Source of the DNA: a virus
Taxonomy: Duplodnaviria; Caudoviricetes
Strand: one strand, 5' to 3'
IMG/VR virus record: IMGVR_UViG_3300021136_000003
Coordinates: 1 to 64,000 of that record
DNA: 64,000 nt
In this document: in pieces, positions 28,826 to 38,867 of the stretch
How the letters are laid out: each line of letters starts with the position of its first letter
Position numbering within the stretch: position 1 is the stretch's first letter
Program-made: the position numbers and the translations under genes
Notes under the pieces: generated by a model
What the model was told of the DNA's origin: nothing
The model's database searches: none
The model's input: the letters and a program-made list of their open reading frames with translations, nothing else

Positions 28826-29218
28826 CTATCGGCGTTTAACTGTGATTGATTCTAAATACTCTTGTAGATTGCCATATATGGTAAGCATCATGGCGATCTT
28901 ACTGTCGTAAATGCGAATGTAGGGTTCGCGCTTTTCTTCTTTAGTTGAGCCCAGATAATACGGGCATTTCATTTTTTTGTTTAACTCAATAAGAAAGTTA
29001 TACCAACTACCCGGCGGAAGCTTATCAGCAGGGCAGTTGAAGAACTCAATCTCTGCTAATCTAAATGCTGTGTCTCCCATTGCAGTAAGACGCAGACCAT
29101 CTTGGCGGCCGGTCATCCACCATTGGAAGATGATATCATCTACTGTAGAATCTTGCTCAGGCAGTTGGGCCAGCACCGCCTCAGTTATCAGTCGTTTAGC
29201 TGATTTTCGTTCAGGCAT
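28826..29218 (-). CDS. Hypothetical phage protein
   Basis: ORF in tightly packed run; start MPERKS. Confidence 0.65.
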   Translation of the reverse strand: MPERKSAKRLITEAVLAQLPEQDSTVDDIIFQWWMTGRQDGLRLTAMGDTAFRLAEIEFFNCPADKLPPGSWYNFLIELNKKMKCPYYLGSTKEEKREPYIRIYDSKIAMMLTIYGNLQEYLESITVKRR

Positions 29219-29504
29219 CGGGATAGACTTGAGTTCCGCCGGACATGAAGACCACGGTGAACTTGTCTGTTTTAAACTGGACATTTAATTTCCTACAGAG
29301 GTTGCGGGCATGTCCTGGATTGGAGAAGCTGGTCTTCTTATATTTAGGTGTGTCCTCGGAGTCCAAGTAGTGTTGTGACTTCAGGTTGAAGGCAGCACCT
29401 TCATAGAACACTGCCCAGATACCCGAAGCTTCAACTATTTGATCACACTTATACGAAACTTTATCTACTATTTCAAGTAGAACTTTTGGTTGTGTCCTGC
29501 TCAA
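29211..29504 (-). CDS. Hypothetical phage protein
   Basis: ORF, overlapping neighbours. Confidence 0.7.
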   Translation of the reverse strand: MSRTQPKVLLEIVDKVSYKCDQIVEASGIWAVFYEGAAFNLKSQHYLDSEDTPKYKKTSFSNPGHARNLCRKLNVQFKTDKFTVVFMSGGTQVYPDA

Positions 29505-29710
29505 AATTTACCACCTATTATTTCAACCTGGATCGTTTGTTCTTGAGCCGGGGTGTTTAATTTACCTGACAACAGTTCATTATTATCTGCCAGCAACTTA
29601 CTCAATTCATCGCGGAGTCCGCGCGCCTCGGCGACCGGCAAAACAACGTCCTTCCCTTGCCGGCCCTCGATGTGTGACACCTTGTCGATGAATCGCTTAA
29701 TATGAATCAT
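29501..29710 (-). CDS. Hypothetical phage protein
   Basis: ORF following TAAATA. Confidence 0.65.
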   Translation of the reverse strand: MIHIKRFIDKVSHIEGRQGKDVVLPVAEARGLRDELSKLLADNNELLSGKLNTPAQEQTIQVEIIGGKF

Positions 29711-29713
29711 CTG

Positions 29714-30157
29714 TTATTTATCGTGTGTTGCCTCAGCCTCTGTTTTATATGGGCCGGCGAAATCGTATCGTAGCACGAAAATATATTTGGGACAAAAGAT
29801 TGACTCAACTGTTGCTCCCTGCTTGATGTTAAACCATCCTGCTGCATAGAAGCATTTACTCTTCGCCGTCTTGGTGAACAGGTGTAGCTTACGCTTGATA
29901 TCAATCACAGAGTTGTGAACTTTGCCTGTAGTAGGGTACGCCACATACGGCAAGTCGATCTTGGCTCTTGTCTTCTTAACAGGCTGAAATTCAATTTGAA
30001 CTTGTCGTTTGATTTTACTGGTGTTCTCAAAGTGTGAGACGGCACCGTTAATCTTCACTTCATATCCGGATCCAGTCGCCATTACATTGCCGACCTTCTC
30101 TTTCCCATTCGTCACTACCCAATACTGATCTTTAATAATAGGTTTAGCTATTAGCAT
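29714..30157 (-). CDS. Hypothetical phage protein
   Basis: Start MLIAKP after AAGGGA. Confidence 0.65.
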   Translation of the reverse strand: MLIAKPIIKDQYWVVTNGKEKVGNVMATGSGYEVKINGAVSHFENTSKIKRQVQIEFQPVKKTRAKIDLPYVAYPTTGKVHNSVIDIKRKLHLFTKTAKSKCFYAAGWFNIKQGATVESIFCPKYIFVLRYDFAGPYKTEAEATHDK

Positions 30158-30220
30158 CGTGTTTCCCTTCATATTCTGCTCCATTAACATAGTATATTTA
30201 GCCCTACTTTTACCAGTGAT

Positions 30221-30412
30221 TTACCAACTGGCGTAATCTGATATATCAACGCGAACCTGTTCGCTATCAGAGTTGACATAATCTGCGTATAGATTGGGGC
30301 CGATGCCTGATTTGCTTTCTTTGTTCAGCATCACTTCTTCTACTTCTTTGTTATCTTTGAAGATTTTTCGAAGTTGCTTCATTTGGTTCCGGTTCAGCAG
30401 TATCATGTCCAC
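30221..30412 (-). CDS. Hypothetical phage protein
   Basis: ORF. Confidence 0.55.
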   Translation of the reverse strand: MDMILLNRNQMKQLRKIFKDNKEVEEVMLNKESKSGIGPNLYADYVNSDSEQVRVDISDYASW

Positions 30413-31227
30413 ATTCCATTTCTGATTTTGACAAGACGGATCATCATGTCAGTATCTTCTTTGTCATACTCAGCTTCGATCTTGCCGACAAGTTTGAAAA
30501 GTCGGCTTGATTCTTTGCGTTCCGCTGCGGTGCGATCAGAGCGAAACAGTCTACGAGGTTTGTCACCGCGTTTAACATCTTGTGCATCGTTCCAGGCGCT
30601 CCACCCGCTAGCTTCGTACGGATCAGGACGAGCAGGACGAGTAATTTTCCACCAAGTGTAGATGTCCAGAATCTCTTGCGCGTGAATAGCTTGCCTAGTA
30701 GGTTTGCCGTAGTTTGGTGAATCTTTGTCAACTCCCATATCTTCGTCGCAGACAAGAGATGCAGTCCATTTAAGACGATCTACGCCTGCTTCGGGACAGC
30801 GCCATTCTTGCCACCAGAAACGACGAGTAGATTTGTACTTGGAATCATCCTCGCCCCAACCAACTTGCATCCATGCTTCTTCAATCTCAACATAGTCAAC
30901 TAGTGATTGGAATACACAATGCAGCAGGCGGTGTTCATATTCGTAATATTGGCCCTTTTTCAGTTTGCTGGTCAGGGCATGTGTCTTGCTGACATAACGG
31001 TTGGTGATGTAGTTTCGCATATCTCCGACTTTGCGTTTCGGCCAGGTCACAAAGTCTTGCACCTTGCCGAGTCCTTCTTCAACAATCCAATAACGGACAG
31101 GATGTGCGCCGGCGGCTTTTTCGTTCCACTCGTCCCATTCTTCTGATGTTCCGGATTTCAGTTTCGTTGTTCCGCGTATCCAATCTCCGAAAGGACTACA
31201 CGACCAATAATTGCGGTGCTGTGCTAT
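30403..31227 (-). CDS. Trp-rich hypothetical protein with probable ATA start
   Basis: Frame stays open 55 codons upstream of the track start, to an ATA 7 nt after GGGAG. Confidence 0.6.
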   Translation of the reverse strand: MAQHRNYWSCSPFGDWIRGTTKLKSGTSEEWDEWNEKAAGAHPVRYWIVEEGLGKVQDFVTWPKRKVGDMRNYITNRYVSKTHALTSKLKKGQYYEYEHRLLHCVFQSLVDYVEIEEAWMQVGWGEDDSKYKSTRRFWWQEWRCPEAGVDRLKWTASLVCDEDMGVDKDSPNYGKPTRQAIHAQEILDIYTWWKITRPARPDPYEASGWSAWNDAQDVKRGDKPRRLFRSDRTAAERKESSRLFKLVGKIEAEYDKEDTDMMIRLVKIRNGMWT

Positions 31228-31400
31228 GATAGTTCTCCCTGTGCTTTTATTCCAAATTCCTCAAAGATATCTTTGGCTATTCTTCCATACCATTGAATGG
31301 CATCTTCCTCGTAGTCAAAGTGAGGACTGAGTTCAACATTTTCGTCATTGTCATCAACCCATACATATACACCATTCAGTTCATCGTTTAGCAATCTCAT
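31224..31400 (-). CDS. Small acidic hypothetical protein
   Basis: Start MRLLNDE. Confidence 0.55.
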   Translation of the reverse strand: MRLLNDELNGVYVWVDDNDENVELSPHFDYEEDAIQWYGRIAKDIFEEFGIKAQGELS

Positions 31401-31698
31401 TCTTTCACCATTTCTAGTTGTCCGTCGAACACATACCCGACGCCTCGCAGCCATTCTTCAAAGCGTGGCAGCAGTTCGACCCAGGTTTGTTCACCGGTGA
31501 TCGTATGCTCAATATGTCGAGCAGGTCCGTATTCGTTATTTTCATCGTCAATGGCGATAAACTTATATGTCATCATTTTCGTTTTCCTTTATTTCTGTCA
31601 CTGTAACAGAACTGGCACTAAAATTTAACTGCTCGTAAATAAACTCTTTGCAGGCAGCAGCCATTTCCTCTTCAGATTCATAACCGTCTAACCACAAC

Positions 31699-31911
31699 TC
31701 AACTATGAATTTTGGCATCATTTTGTATCCTTTGTAATATACAAATCAGTTGCGGAATTGCTTTGCGGTCCATATGAAACGCACTATTAAATGGCATCCC
31801 CAAGACTTGAAACTTTAATGTAGTATCCGATGCCCACACATCAGCATACCACGCCGGCTCAAACTTTCCCTGATGTGTGGTGTCATACTGAGTGATTGCG
31901 AATTTCATCAT
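31699..31911 (-). CDS. Hypothetical phage protein
   Basis: ORF with GGAG RBS. Confidence 0.6.
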   Translation of the reverse strand: MMKFAITQYDTTHQGKFEPAWYADVWASDTTLKFQVLGMPFNSAFHMDRKAIPQLICILQRIQNDAKIHS

Positions 31912-32177
31912 TCAACTCCGAAATGTTCTTTAATTGTTTCTGATGCTTGAGATAGTCCGGCATCATACCCGTTGTCCCATTCATCGCGACCATGATCACC
32001 GGTGGTTACAGAATCAATCTCGTTGATACATTCCTTCACGATGAGTTCGGCAAAGCGTTTGTTATACAGTTGAAACCAAGTATGGTTGAATGTATACCAA
32101 TCTGCTACACCCTCTGAGGAAATAGCATTGATCGGTTCAAATGCTTGCAGGGCAAGTTTGTTAATAAGTTCGCTCAT
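31908..32177 (-). CDS. Dispersed member of MNERIKEL...HFGVE family
   Basis: RFAELIVKEC and IKEHFGVE; 3' DNA matches copies at 80-752. Confidence 0.75.
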   Translation of the reverse strand: MSELINKLALQAFEPINAISSEGVADWYTFNHTWFQLYNKRFAELIVKECINEIDSVTTGDHGRDEWDNGYDAGLSQASETIKEHFGVE

Positions 32178-32491
32178 TTTGTGTTCCACAGTTTAGCAAA
32201 TTTCAACACATTCGGGACCTGATCAGGTTCATACGGCAAGACAACAGCACATGCCTTGTCACCGTTCATTGTATGATTCTCATGCCCAAGATGCACATCA
32301 GGGAGTTGCTTAATTTTTTCAAACTCTTTCTTGTTAACCCGAAGGACACACTTGCGAAACGATTCGGTCAGCCACTTTTTATAACGGTCATTGTCGCAGA
32401 ATACCAAGTGAGCAGCCAATACTGAATGAGCCACTAGTGTGGGTGTCATGTAGTCTGGAAACTCGTCTAGCACAGCAATATACAGTTTCAT
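32174..32491 (-). CDS. Peptidyl-tRNA hydrolase 2-like protein
   Basis: KLYI.V...VAHS, W...FRK.VL.V, AVVLP, terminal KL pattern. Confidence 0.55.
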   Translation of the reverse strand: MKLYIAVLDEFPDYMTPTLVAHSVLAAHLVFCDNDRYKKWLTESFRKCVLRVNKKEFEKIKQLPDVHLGHENHTMNGDKACAVVLPYEPDQVPNVLKFAKLWNTK

Positions 32492-33081
32492 GGTTCTACT
32501 GAGTTGTCCTCATCCTCTTCAAATGTGCCGCGTTCTTTCGCATGTTCCTCGCATAGAGTCCGTAGCCAACCGTTGTTATTAGTCCTACCTGGCTTGCCGC
32601 ATTCCTCGCAAGTCAGCCCAGACATGCTTTCAGCCATACGCACCATGCCATCAATCATTTCATCACCACCATGATAGTAGAATCTCAGTGTGCCAAACTT
32701 TTCCTTAACTTGATCGACCACTACTTGACAGACAGCATCGGGCACTTTGCGAAATTGTGGATTGGCAATTTCTTCTTCTATGCGCTTTAGCGTCCAGGGC
32801 GAAGGTCCATTTTCGCCGTAAGTGTTGTACCAGATCAACCCTGCTTTGTCACCGTTTATTGCCCTGCGCAAACAGCGGTTGTATTGAAGGGCTGAGGCTC
32901 GCTGTTTGCGAGACCAATCGATATGATGCTGGATGTTGGAGCACAGTGCCCTCAGAATATTACCCCATCCTGGACCGCAGGACAGCCCCCAACACATACA
33001 AGTTTGGGTCACTGGCGCGTGGCGATCCCGAAACAGTTTCGGAAACTTTTCGCATAGTTGTTTGTCAAGTTCTACTTTCAT
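32488..33081 (-). CDS. Conserved phage protein with QVKEKFGTLRFY motif and zinc ribbon
   Basis: GPGW, QVKEKFGTLRFY, CEECG...LC..H. Confidence 0.75.
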   Translation of the reverse strand: MKVELDKQLCEKFPKLFRDRHAPVTQTCMCWGLSCGPGWGNILRALCSNIQHHIDWSRKQRASALQYNRCLRRAINGDKAGLIWYNTYGENGPSPWTLKRIEEEIANPQFRKVPDAVCQVVVDQVKEKFGTLRFYYHGGDEMIDGMVRMAESMSGLTCEECGKPGRTNNNGWLRTLCEEHAKERGTFEEDEDNSVEP

Positions 33082-33305
33082 TATTCTTCTCCAAAGTGTT
33101 TGATAATCAAATTAAGTGCCTCTATTGCCCTAGTATTTTCGGCCACATCTTCCGGGTGCAACCAAATTCCATCTGGATTAGAATCTGTTTTCGGATTCTC
33201 TCTCCAAGTTTTAAGTTCTGCTTTGAGATACTTTCGATAATCCTTGAGATTTAGCAATGTAATTTTGTCTGCGGTCTCGCCATCCAATTCAATTTTCTTT
33301 GCCAT
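33081..33305 (-). CDS. Hypothetical phage protein
   Basis: ORF ending IIKHFGEE. Confidence 0.65.
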   Translation of the reverse strand: MAKKIELDGETADKITLLNLKDYRKYLKAELKTWRENPKTDSNPDGIWLHPEDVAENTRAIEALNLIIKHFGEE

Positions 33306-33531
33306 TGTCTACCCCCATACCTAAAGTTTCCGGAGAGTGATCCAGGACCATTCGCCCATCTTCATGCTCATAAAAAGAAGCATCCTTGTCATCAATCTTC
33401 ACAAAAAGATCGGAATGATAAATGTCATAATCTTTGAATGACCCCTTGCCATACACACGAAAGTAAAACTTACCAGTGCCGTGTTCGTAAATCAAGCAAC
33501 CCTCTGTGCCGTTTGCGTTTTCAATCTTCAT
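33289..33531 (-). CDS. Hypothetical phage protein
   Basis: ORF. Confidence 0.65.
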   Translation of the reverse strand: MKIENANGTEGCLIYEHGTGKFYFRVYGKGSFKDYDIYHSDLFVKIDDKDASFYEHEDGRMVLDHSPETLGMGVDNGKEN

Positions 33532-33754
33532 TTAATATCTCCCACATAAATTCATTTTCTTTCACATACGCAACTGGATTAAGCCAACCGCTTGCGATAC
33601 ATTCATTGATGATAAATTTGTATTCTTCTGGGCAACGACGATTAATCTCAAACCCTGCGCGTGGTGTTATCTTGATATTATCGTCACTGATAAACCATTT
33701 AGGATCACCTTTGCGTAGCATTTTGATACTACTTTTCTTCGCCAGGAATGCCAC
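33521..33754 (-). CDS. Hypothetical phage protein
   Basis: ORF. Confidence 0.6.
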   Translation of the reverse strand: MAFLAKKSSIKMLRKGDPKWFISDDNIKITPRAGFEINRRCPEEYKFIINECIASGWLNPVAYVKENEFMWEILNED

Positions 33755-34754
33755 GCAATACCCCCTTGTATTCCTGATTTAACCATCTGACATACGTGTC
33801 GGCATATTCGGCAAGTTTTGTCAATTCGTATTTACTGGTAAATTTCAAAAAGTGCAGACCAACGTTCGGCACATGTGCTGTTCTGACACCTTCGATGATT
33901 GCTGCGTCAACAGCGTCCTTGATGTGCTGAGGCTGTGCTGTCAGGTCAACGAGAGTGACATTGCGCTGATAATCATCTTTGACACGATGTTCCACACCGT
34001 CGTGGTCTGACCAGCGTGCCAGCATCAAACAATTCCACGAAAATCCTTGCTTATCACGATCAGCATACGCCTCAGTCAGTCCCACTTTGTTCTTTGTGCC
34101 TTTCAGTCGCACACCCGGATACGCCGAGAATACATTGTCAGTGCCGTCGCCCCGCATACACTTCTGGAACAGAATGAATTGCGGATCTTCTAGTAGCTTC
34201 GGCTCTTTTGTTTTCTTGTCCACAATCAGATTATATTTGTGGTCGTGATAACCTTCAAGCGTAATGTACTGATCAGTGATTCCATTGTACTGGAACACAT
34301 TCGGCGCAATGCATTGTAGGTAGTCAGTGTCCGAAGAAATTATGTAGTGGGTGTCATCGGGATGCAGATGAATGAATCTGGCAATCAAGTCGTCCGCTTC
34401 GGCGTTCGGCTCACGCAAAACACTAGCGTTGGTCTTGTCTCTAAGGTAGGATACAAGCGACTCAAAAGTTTCCCAAAAGAGCCTCGATTCTTCGCGCTCG
34501 GATTCAGTAAGATCCTGATCATTTACTACTCGGTTCTTTTTGTAAGGTGCATAAAAATCTTTGCGCCAACTGCGCCCCTCCAAGAGGAACACCACGTGGA
34601 TGTCGGGTCCAAAACGTTTCGCGATCTTATTGACTGATGCAAAGACAAGATGCAGCGCGTAGCCGACCTTCTCCCAGCTGTCAGCGTTTTTAGATGCCAT
34701 ATGTCGCATCCGAAAGTAAAGATTAGCAGTGTCGATTAAGGCGTATTTATTCAT
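33729..34754 (-). CDS. rnh: 5'-3' exonuclease / T4-type RNase H
   Basis: LID, WRK..Y..YK.NR, EADD.IA, ISSDTDY.Q, GDGTDNV. Confidence 0.9.
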   Translation of the reverse strand: MNKYALIDTANLYFRMRHMASKNADSWEKVGYALHLVFASVNKIAKRFGPDIHVVFLLEGRSWRKDFYAPYKKNRVVNDQDLTESEREESRLFWETFESLVSYLRDKTNASVLREPNAEADDLIARFIHLHPDDTHYIISSDTDYLQCIAPNVFQYNGITDQYITLEGYHDHKYNLIVDKKTKEPKLLEDPQFILFQKCMRGDGTDNVFSAYPGVRLKGTKNKVGLTEAYADRDKQGFSWNCLMLARWSDHDGVEHRVKDDYQRNVTLVDLTAQPQHIKDAVDAAIIEGVRTAHVPNVGLHFLKFTSKYELTKLAEYADTYVRWLNQEYKGVLRGIPGEEK

Positions 34755-34765
34755 AATATGCTACT

Positions 34766-34794
34766 ATTATAACACTGATCTACGTTGTTGTCAA
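34766..34794 (-). promoter_or_regulatory. Sigma70-type promoter
   Basis: TTGACA-17-TATAAT. Confidence 0.85.
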
Positions 34795-34810
34795 CGGGTG
34801 TTTACCCGTT

Positions 34811-35302
34811 TTAACTTATTTCAGACCGGCCGTCGCCTAGTGGTTTACGATTGATCACCCGCTCGTCACCAGGTGTCAGTGGTTGCAGGTCGCGCTTCTC
34901 CGGATCTGCTTGCTCTTGCTCATACATTTCCATAACTACTCCGCGACAAACTTGCTGAAACCAACGGTCGACCATTTCAGCATCAGTGTCATCGTCTTTG
35001 ATTTTGTATCCAGACTTGATCAGATTGAGAATGAACTTGTCATTGTAGTCCAGTTCAAACGCACCGTTGTTAATATTGTTTGGGTCAATGTCGATTTTCA
35101 AAATAGCAACATATGGTTCTCCTGCTGAGGTTGCTTTCTCTTTATCAGTCAGAACAGTTTCCTTGACCTTCTTCGGGGCAGCGGGTACTCTCTTTGCACG
35201 AACTTTGGGCGCGACAACTTCAGGTACCTCAGGGATATTAGGAGCTACTTTCCAGTCAACTTCTGGTTTGGGTTTGAATAGATTTTTGAGTTTATTGAAC
35301 AT
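34811..35302 (-). CDS. Hypothetical protein, apparently leaderless
   Basis: ATG 6 nt after TATAAT of promoter 35309-35337. Confidence 0.7.
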   Translation of the reverse strand: MFNKLKNLFKPKPEVDWKVAPNIPEVPEVVAPKVRAKRVPAAPKKVKETVLTDKEKATSAGEPYVAILKIDIDPNNINNGAFELDYNDKFILNLIKSGYKIKDDDTDAEMVDRWFQQVCRGVVMEMYEQEQADPEKRDLQPLTPGDERVINRKPLGDGRSEIS

Positions 35303-35323
35303 AGGTTTATTATAGCATACTAT

Positions 35324-36160
35324 TTAGCACTTGTCAACCTTTAATAACTCTTCCATAGTGTAGAGCTTTTTCATATATAGTGACACCTCCTCAAGCACTG
35401 ACGAGGGCAGATCACCTGCTCTCCGCGGGCCATATTCAACATCAAAGTCAACGTCATTGACACGCTGAAACAGTCTGACCATCTCTGCTACAGTGTAACC
35501 TACCCCGTGTCCCAGACATTCAATCTGTCCGCTGGGTTTCTCTACCGCTGTACGAATCGCATTGCATATCTCCATGACATGGACATAGTCGCGCACACAG
35601 GTGCCGTCGTTACTACAGTCATAGTCGTTCCCGAAGATAGTGAACTCTCCTCGTTCCGGAGCCTTCATCAGATTGTACATCAGCCCATCGGGGTTAGTAG
35701 GCGCGATGCCATCTGAGCCTATCACATTATAGAATCGAAACATCGTGAATGGCATGCCACGCGATTCGCAGAACTCTCTGGTGCAATCTTCTGCTGCACG
35801 TTTACTGACACCATAGGGACTCGCACAACCATCTGCTGCTCCGGTGCTGGCCAGAATGAAGTTCTTTGTGCGGATATTTCGCAGCACATTCATGGTGCCA
35901 TTCAAGTTGGTGTCGTAATATTCATTAGGACGGAGAACACTTTCACCTACATTGACAAGAGCAGCCAGATGAATGACGGTGTCAAATTCTTCACCGTAGT
36001 AGGTAGGTGTCAATCGTCTGATATCCCAGCAGGTGTGATCATGGAGTTGAACCTGAGGTATCACAAGATCAATGCCATGTAGTTCATACTCATCCTTCAG
36101 CAACTTAGAAAGATGAGAGCCGATATATCCTGAGTTACCTGTTATCAATATTTTTTTCAT
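35324..36160 (-). CDS. NAD-dependent sugar epimerase/dehydratase (GalE-like)
   Basis: ILITGNSGYIGSH, HLAA...VGES, YGVSK, RFYNV, DGTCVRDYVHV. Confidence 0.9.
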   Translation of the reverse strand: MKKILITGNSGYIGSHLSKLLKDEYELHGIDLVIPQVQLHDHTCWDIRRLTPTYYGEEFDTVIHLAALVNVGESVLRPNEYYDTNLNGTMNVLRNIRTKNFILASTGAADGCASPYGVSKRAAEDCTREFCESRGMPFTMFRFYNVIGSDGIAPTNPDGLMYNLMKAPERGEFTIFGNDYDCSNDGTCVRDYVHVMEICNAIRTAVEKPSGQIECLGHGVGYTVAEMVRLFQRVNDVDFDVEYGPRRAGDLPSSVLEEVSLYMKKLYTMEELLKVDKC

Positions 36161-37491
36161 AGTCCCTCGAATAATCCTGTTCCTGTGTTATTTTCTTCTG
36201 GCTCAAAGTCCGGATCTTTAGTCAGATAAGTATCCGTGTCCGTATAGATAATGCGGAACTTGTGCGCGTTAGTCAACACTGATTTAACATCATCAATACA
36301 AACGATTGAACGACCTAGCGCCTCGATGAAGTCACTATACTTCACCGTTTTCTCCAGACAAATCTTTGCGGTGTTGCTGTTAGATTGTTTACAGGTGAAT
36401 TCACTGAAACATTCATTCCATTTGCGAAACACCTTATTTTCTCGGGCCTGATGATATACCAGCGAACCGCCTTCATACCAAACCCACGCTTGAGTGGCAT
36501 GTTCATACCTATCCAGAATATCTTTAGCCATGTTCTTCTTGGTAGTGGTAAAGAAATACCCGTGATTGAAGTTTTGCGTCCAGCGTTGATTTTCTAAAGC
36601 ATAAGTCGGCATCTGAATCATCTGTTCCAGAAACGCAATTCCATAGCTTTCTACAGTGCTAGGATTGAACGCTACACGACAACTGGTGATGAAGTCAACT
36701 TTTTCTTGTCCGATGATACTGACAGCTATCTTGTAATCAGCACCCATCTTCTTCAGGCGTTCTTCAAACTTCTTTGCTCCGTTCGCATTAGTCATAACTC
36801 GCGCCGGCAACTTAGTCTGTTCAATCAAATCCAGATATAACTCGGGGTTCTTACCTTCTTCCCATCGTCCGATGAACAGCACACCCTCGCGAGGCGCGTG
36901 ATGTTCTTCTAGCAATCCCTTTTCCGGCAGCGGAATTGGCAGCACATACGCCTTGTCAATCTCCAGCGAGTTAAACTTACTCTGTGTGCCGATATAGATG
37001 TTGCTCATTTCCAGTTGCAGGCGCATCATTTCATTGACCCCGGGAAGAAACGGATTCTTTGTGTCTTTGAATATCTGACTTTCCAGATGAGTGTAGGCGA
37101 TGATCTGAATACAATCATCAAGTCCCATGGTTGATGCTACCTGAATGGTTTCGTATGTATTACATACTAGAGAGTCGTATATGTTCAGGCTAATCGCCTT
37201 GATAACTGAGTTGCGAAAGTTTGCCATCCGCTCGTAGCAAAAACTATCGCCGTACATGAAAATATTGCTATGTTCAGTATACGGCAACGATTCATCAGGA
37301 TATATAATAGTAGCATTTAATGATTTTACAAACTCGCTATCCTGTGGTTTCTTATCAGTTATGATATCGACCTTGATACCGTTAGCCGTCATCATTTCAA
37401 TAAAACTCTTGGCGAACTGTCCGATGCCACCGTGTGGCACCAGAGTCTGATAGCTTACCAGAAACCCAATCCGCTTAATGTATGTCCTCAT
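36157..37491 (-). CDS. GT-B (GT4-like) glycosyltransferase
   Basis: GGIG, LFIGRWEEGKN, PSTVESYGIAFLE. Confidence 0.85.
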   Translation of the reverse strand: MRTYIKRIGFLVSYQTLVPHGGIGQFAKSFIEMMTANGIKVDIITDKKPQDSEFVKSLNATIIYPDESLPYTEHSNIFMYGDSFCYERMANFRNSVIKAISLNIYDSLVCNTYETIQVASTMGLDDCIQIIAYTHLESQIFKDTKNPFLPGVNEMMRLQLEMSNIYIGTQSKFNSLEIDKAYVLPIPLPEKGLLEEHHAPREGVLFIGRWEEGKNPELYLDLIEQTKLPARVMTNANGAKKFEERLKKMGADYKIAVSIIGQEKVDFITSCRVAFNPSTVESYGIAFLEQMIQMPTYALENQRWTQNFNHGYFFTTTKKNMAKDILDRYEHATQAWVWYEGGSLVYHQARENKVFRKWNECFSEFTCKQSNSNTAKICLEKTVKYSDFIEALGRSIVCIDDVKSVLTNAHKFRIIYTDTDTYLTKDPDFEPEENNTGTGLFEGL

Positions 37492-38396
37492 GCCATGCTC
37501 ACATATAAATGTTGTTGTAAGTTTAACTTAAATCCATGATTTAAGCAATAGTTTCCGGTATACTCATGGTTCGCTTGATTTTCAGCAAGATTGAGTAGAC
37601 CCGGTTCCCAGAATGAAACTTTTTCGTCAACGGTTGATCGTTCGGCCATGGTGATCTGACCCTTCTCGGCCCGTAATAGTTTGATCTTTTGTGGGAAGTC
37701 GTTATACACATTCATCGGCGAACAGTAGATTTCCTTGTTAGGATTATTCGCCTTCCATGTGTGTGCCCATTCAGGTACTGAACTATAAGGACTTTCCTTA
37801 TTGTTCGACATGACAAATTTCAGACAGTCTGCTCGTTCTAGAATGAACTTAGACGGTGCCAGATACTTGATAGCTTTCCCGTTCTTTTCTGAACACTTTG
37901 GAGAGCAAACAACTGTGACACCTGAGGATAGCGTTCGATCTATCGTTCCATTAGTCTCAACTTGCACTGCTTTGAAATGCGGAATCTGATTGTCCAGAAA
38001 CTTAGACAGATTAGATTGTAGCAGTGGCTCACCGCCTGTTACCACAAGAACAATGTTCGGGTATGGTCCTAGCCGGCCGGCCTCAACTGTACTAGGTAGA
38101 TTAGGAAGGGCCCAGCGCGGTACCATATCAAACGGGTTCTCCATGTTCCAGTGATTGCAAACAGTATGATACATACTTGATTCAATCTCGGTGTATGTCA
38201 TCCAATTACCATCATCAAAGAAGGTATCACAGAATGAACAGGCCAGATTGCACTTACCCAGTCTGATAAACATCGCTGGCATACCTGCATATGGTCCCTC
38301 ACCTTGTAGAGTGAAAAACATCGAGGTCACATACAGCGAATCTGCTGGCGCATCTTTAAAATACTTCTGACCGATTATTTCATTTGTTCCAAACAT
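37488..38396 (-). CDS. queE: 7-carboxy-7-deazaguanine synthase (radical SAM)
   Basis: FTLQGEG...G.PA.FIRL..CNLACSFCDT, TGGEPLLQ, VETNG, SPK, LQQH. Confidence 0.9.
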   Translation of the reverse strand: MFGTNEIIGQKYFKDAPADSLYVTSMFFTLQGEGPYAGMPAMFIRLGKCNLACSFCDTFFDDGNWMTYTEIESSMYHTVCNHWNMENPFDMVPRWALPNLPSTVEAGRLGPYPNIVLVVTGGEPLLQSNLSKFLDNQIPHFKAVQVETNGTIDRTLSSGVTVVCSPKCSEKNGKAIKYLAPSKFILERADCLKFVMSNNKESPYSSVPEWAHTWKANNPNKEIYCSPMNVYNDFPQKIKLLRAEKGQITMAERSTVDEKVSFWEPGLLNLAENQANHEYTGNYCLNHGFKLNLQQHLYVSMA

Positions 38397-38866
38397 TAAA
38401 ATTCCTTATCTTCACGGTGACCTTGACGCATTGCCATATTGCTAGGTGTCTCTCGTACTTCTACTTTGCAACACCAAACTCGTTCTGCTTCTGCTACGCC
38501 ACAGTTCGGCAAAAATTCATTGTTCACATACCAATATAAAAAGTCAGCAAGACCTTCGCATCCTGTCTTTTCAACTTCAGTGATCTTTGCCAGACCAAGT
38601 GTGCCAAGATTCTTGATGACCTCATAATGTGGGTCATCTTGCGCCAACAGCATACAGTGATCAAACTTATCCTCGAGGAAATCTTTCAGAGGTCGCAACC
38701 CGCCATAATCAAAACACCAGTTGCGGGCATCAAGTGTGTCACATTCAAATTCAAACTTGAAAGTAAGAGCATAACCGTGAATGAGGTTACAGTGAGAATC
38801 TGAGCGCCATTGACGGTACGCAATCGGGGCAAGATGTGAATATTCTTTTGTGCTTATATATTTCAT
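38396..38866 (-). CDS. queD: 6-carboxytetrahydropterin synthase
   Basis: CNLIHGY, FDH, CE.LA, VRETP.N. Confidence 0.9.
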   Translation of the reverse strand: MKYISTKEYSHLAPIAYRQWRSDSHCNLIHGYALTFKFEFECDTLDARNWCFDYGGLRPLKDFLEDKFDHCMLLAQDDPHYEVIKNLGTLGLAKITEVEKTGCEGLADFLYWYVNNEFLPNCGVAEAERVWCCKVEVRETPSNMAMRQGHREDKEF

Positions 38867-38867
38867 A

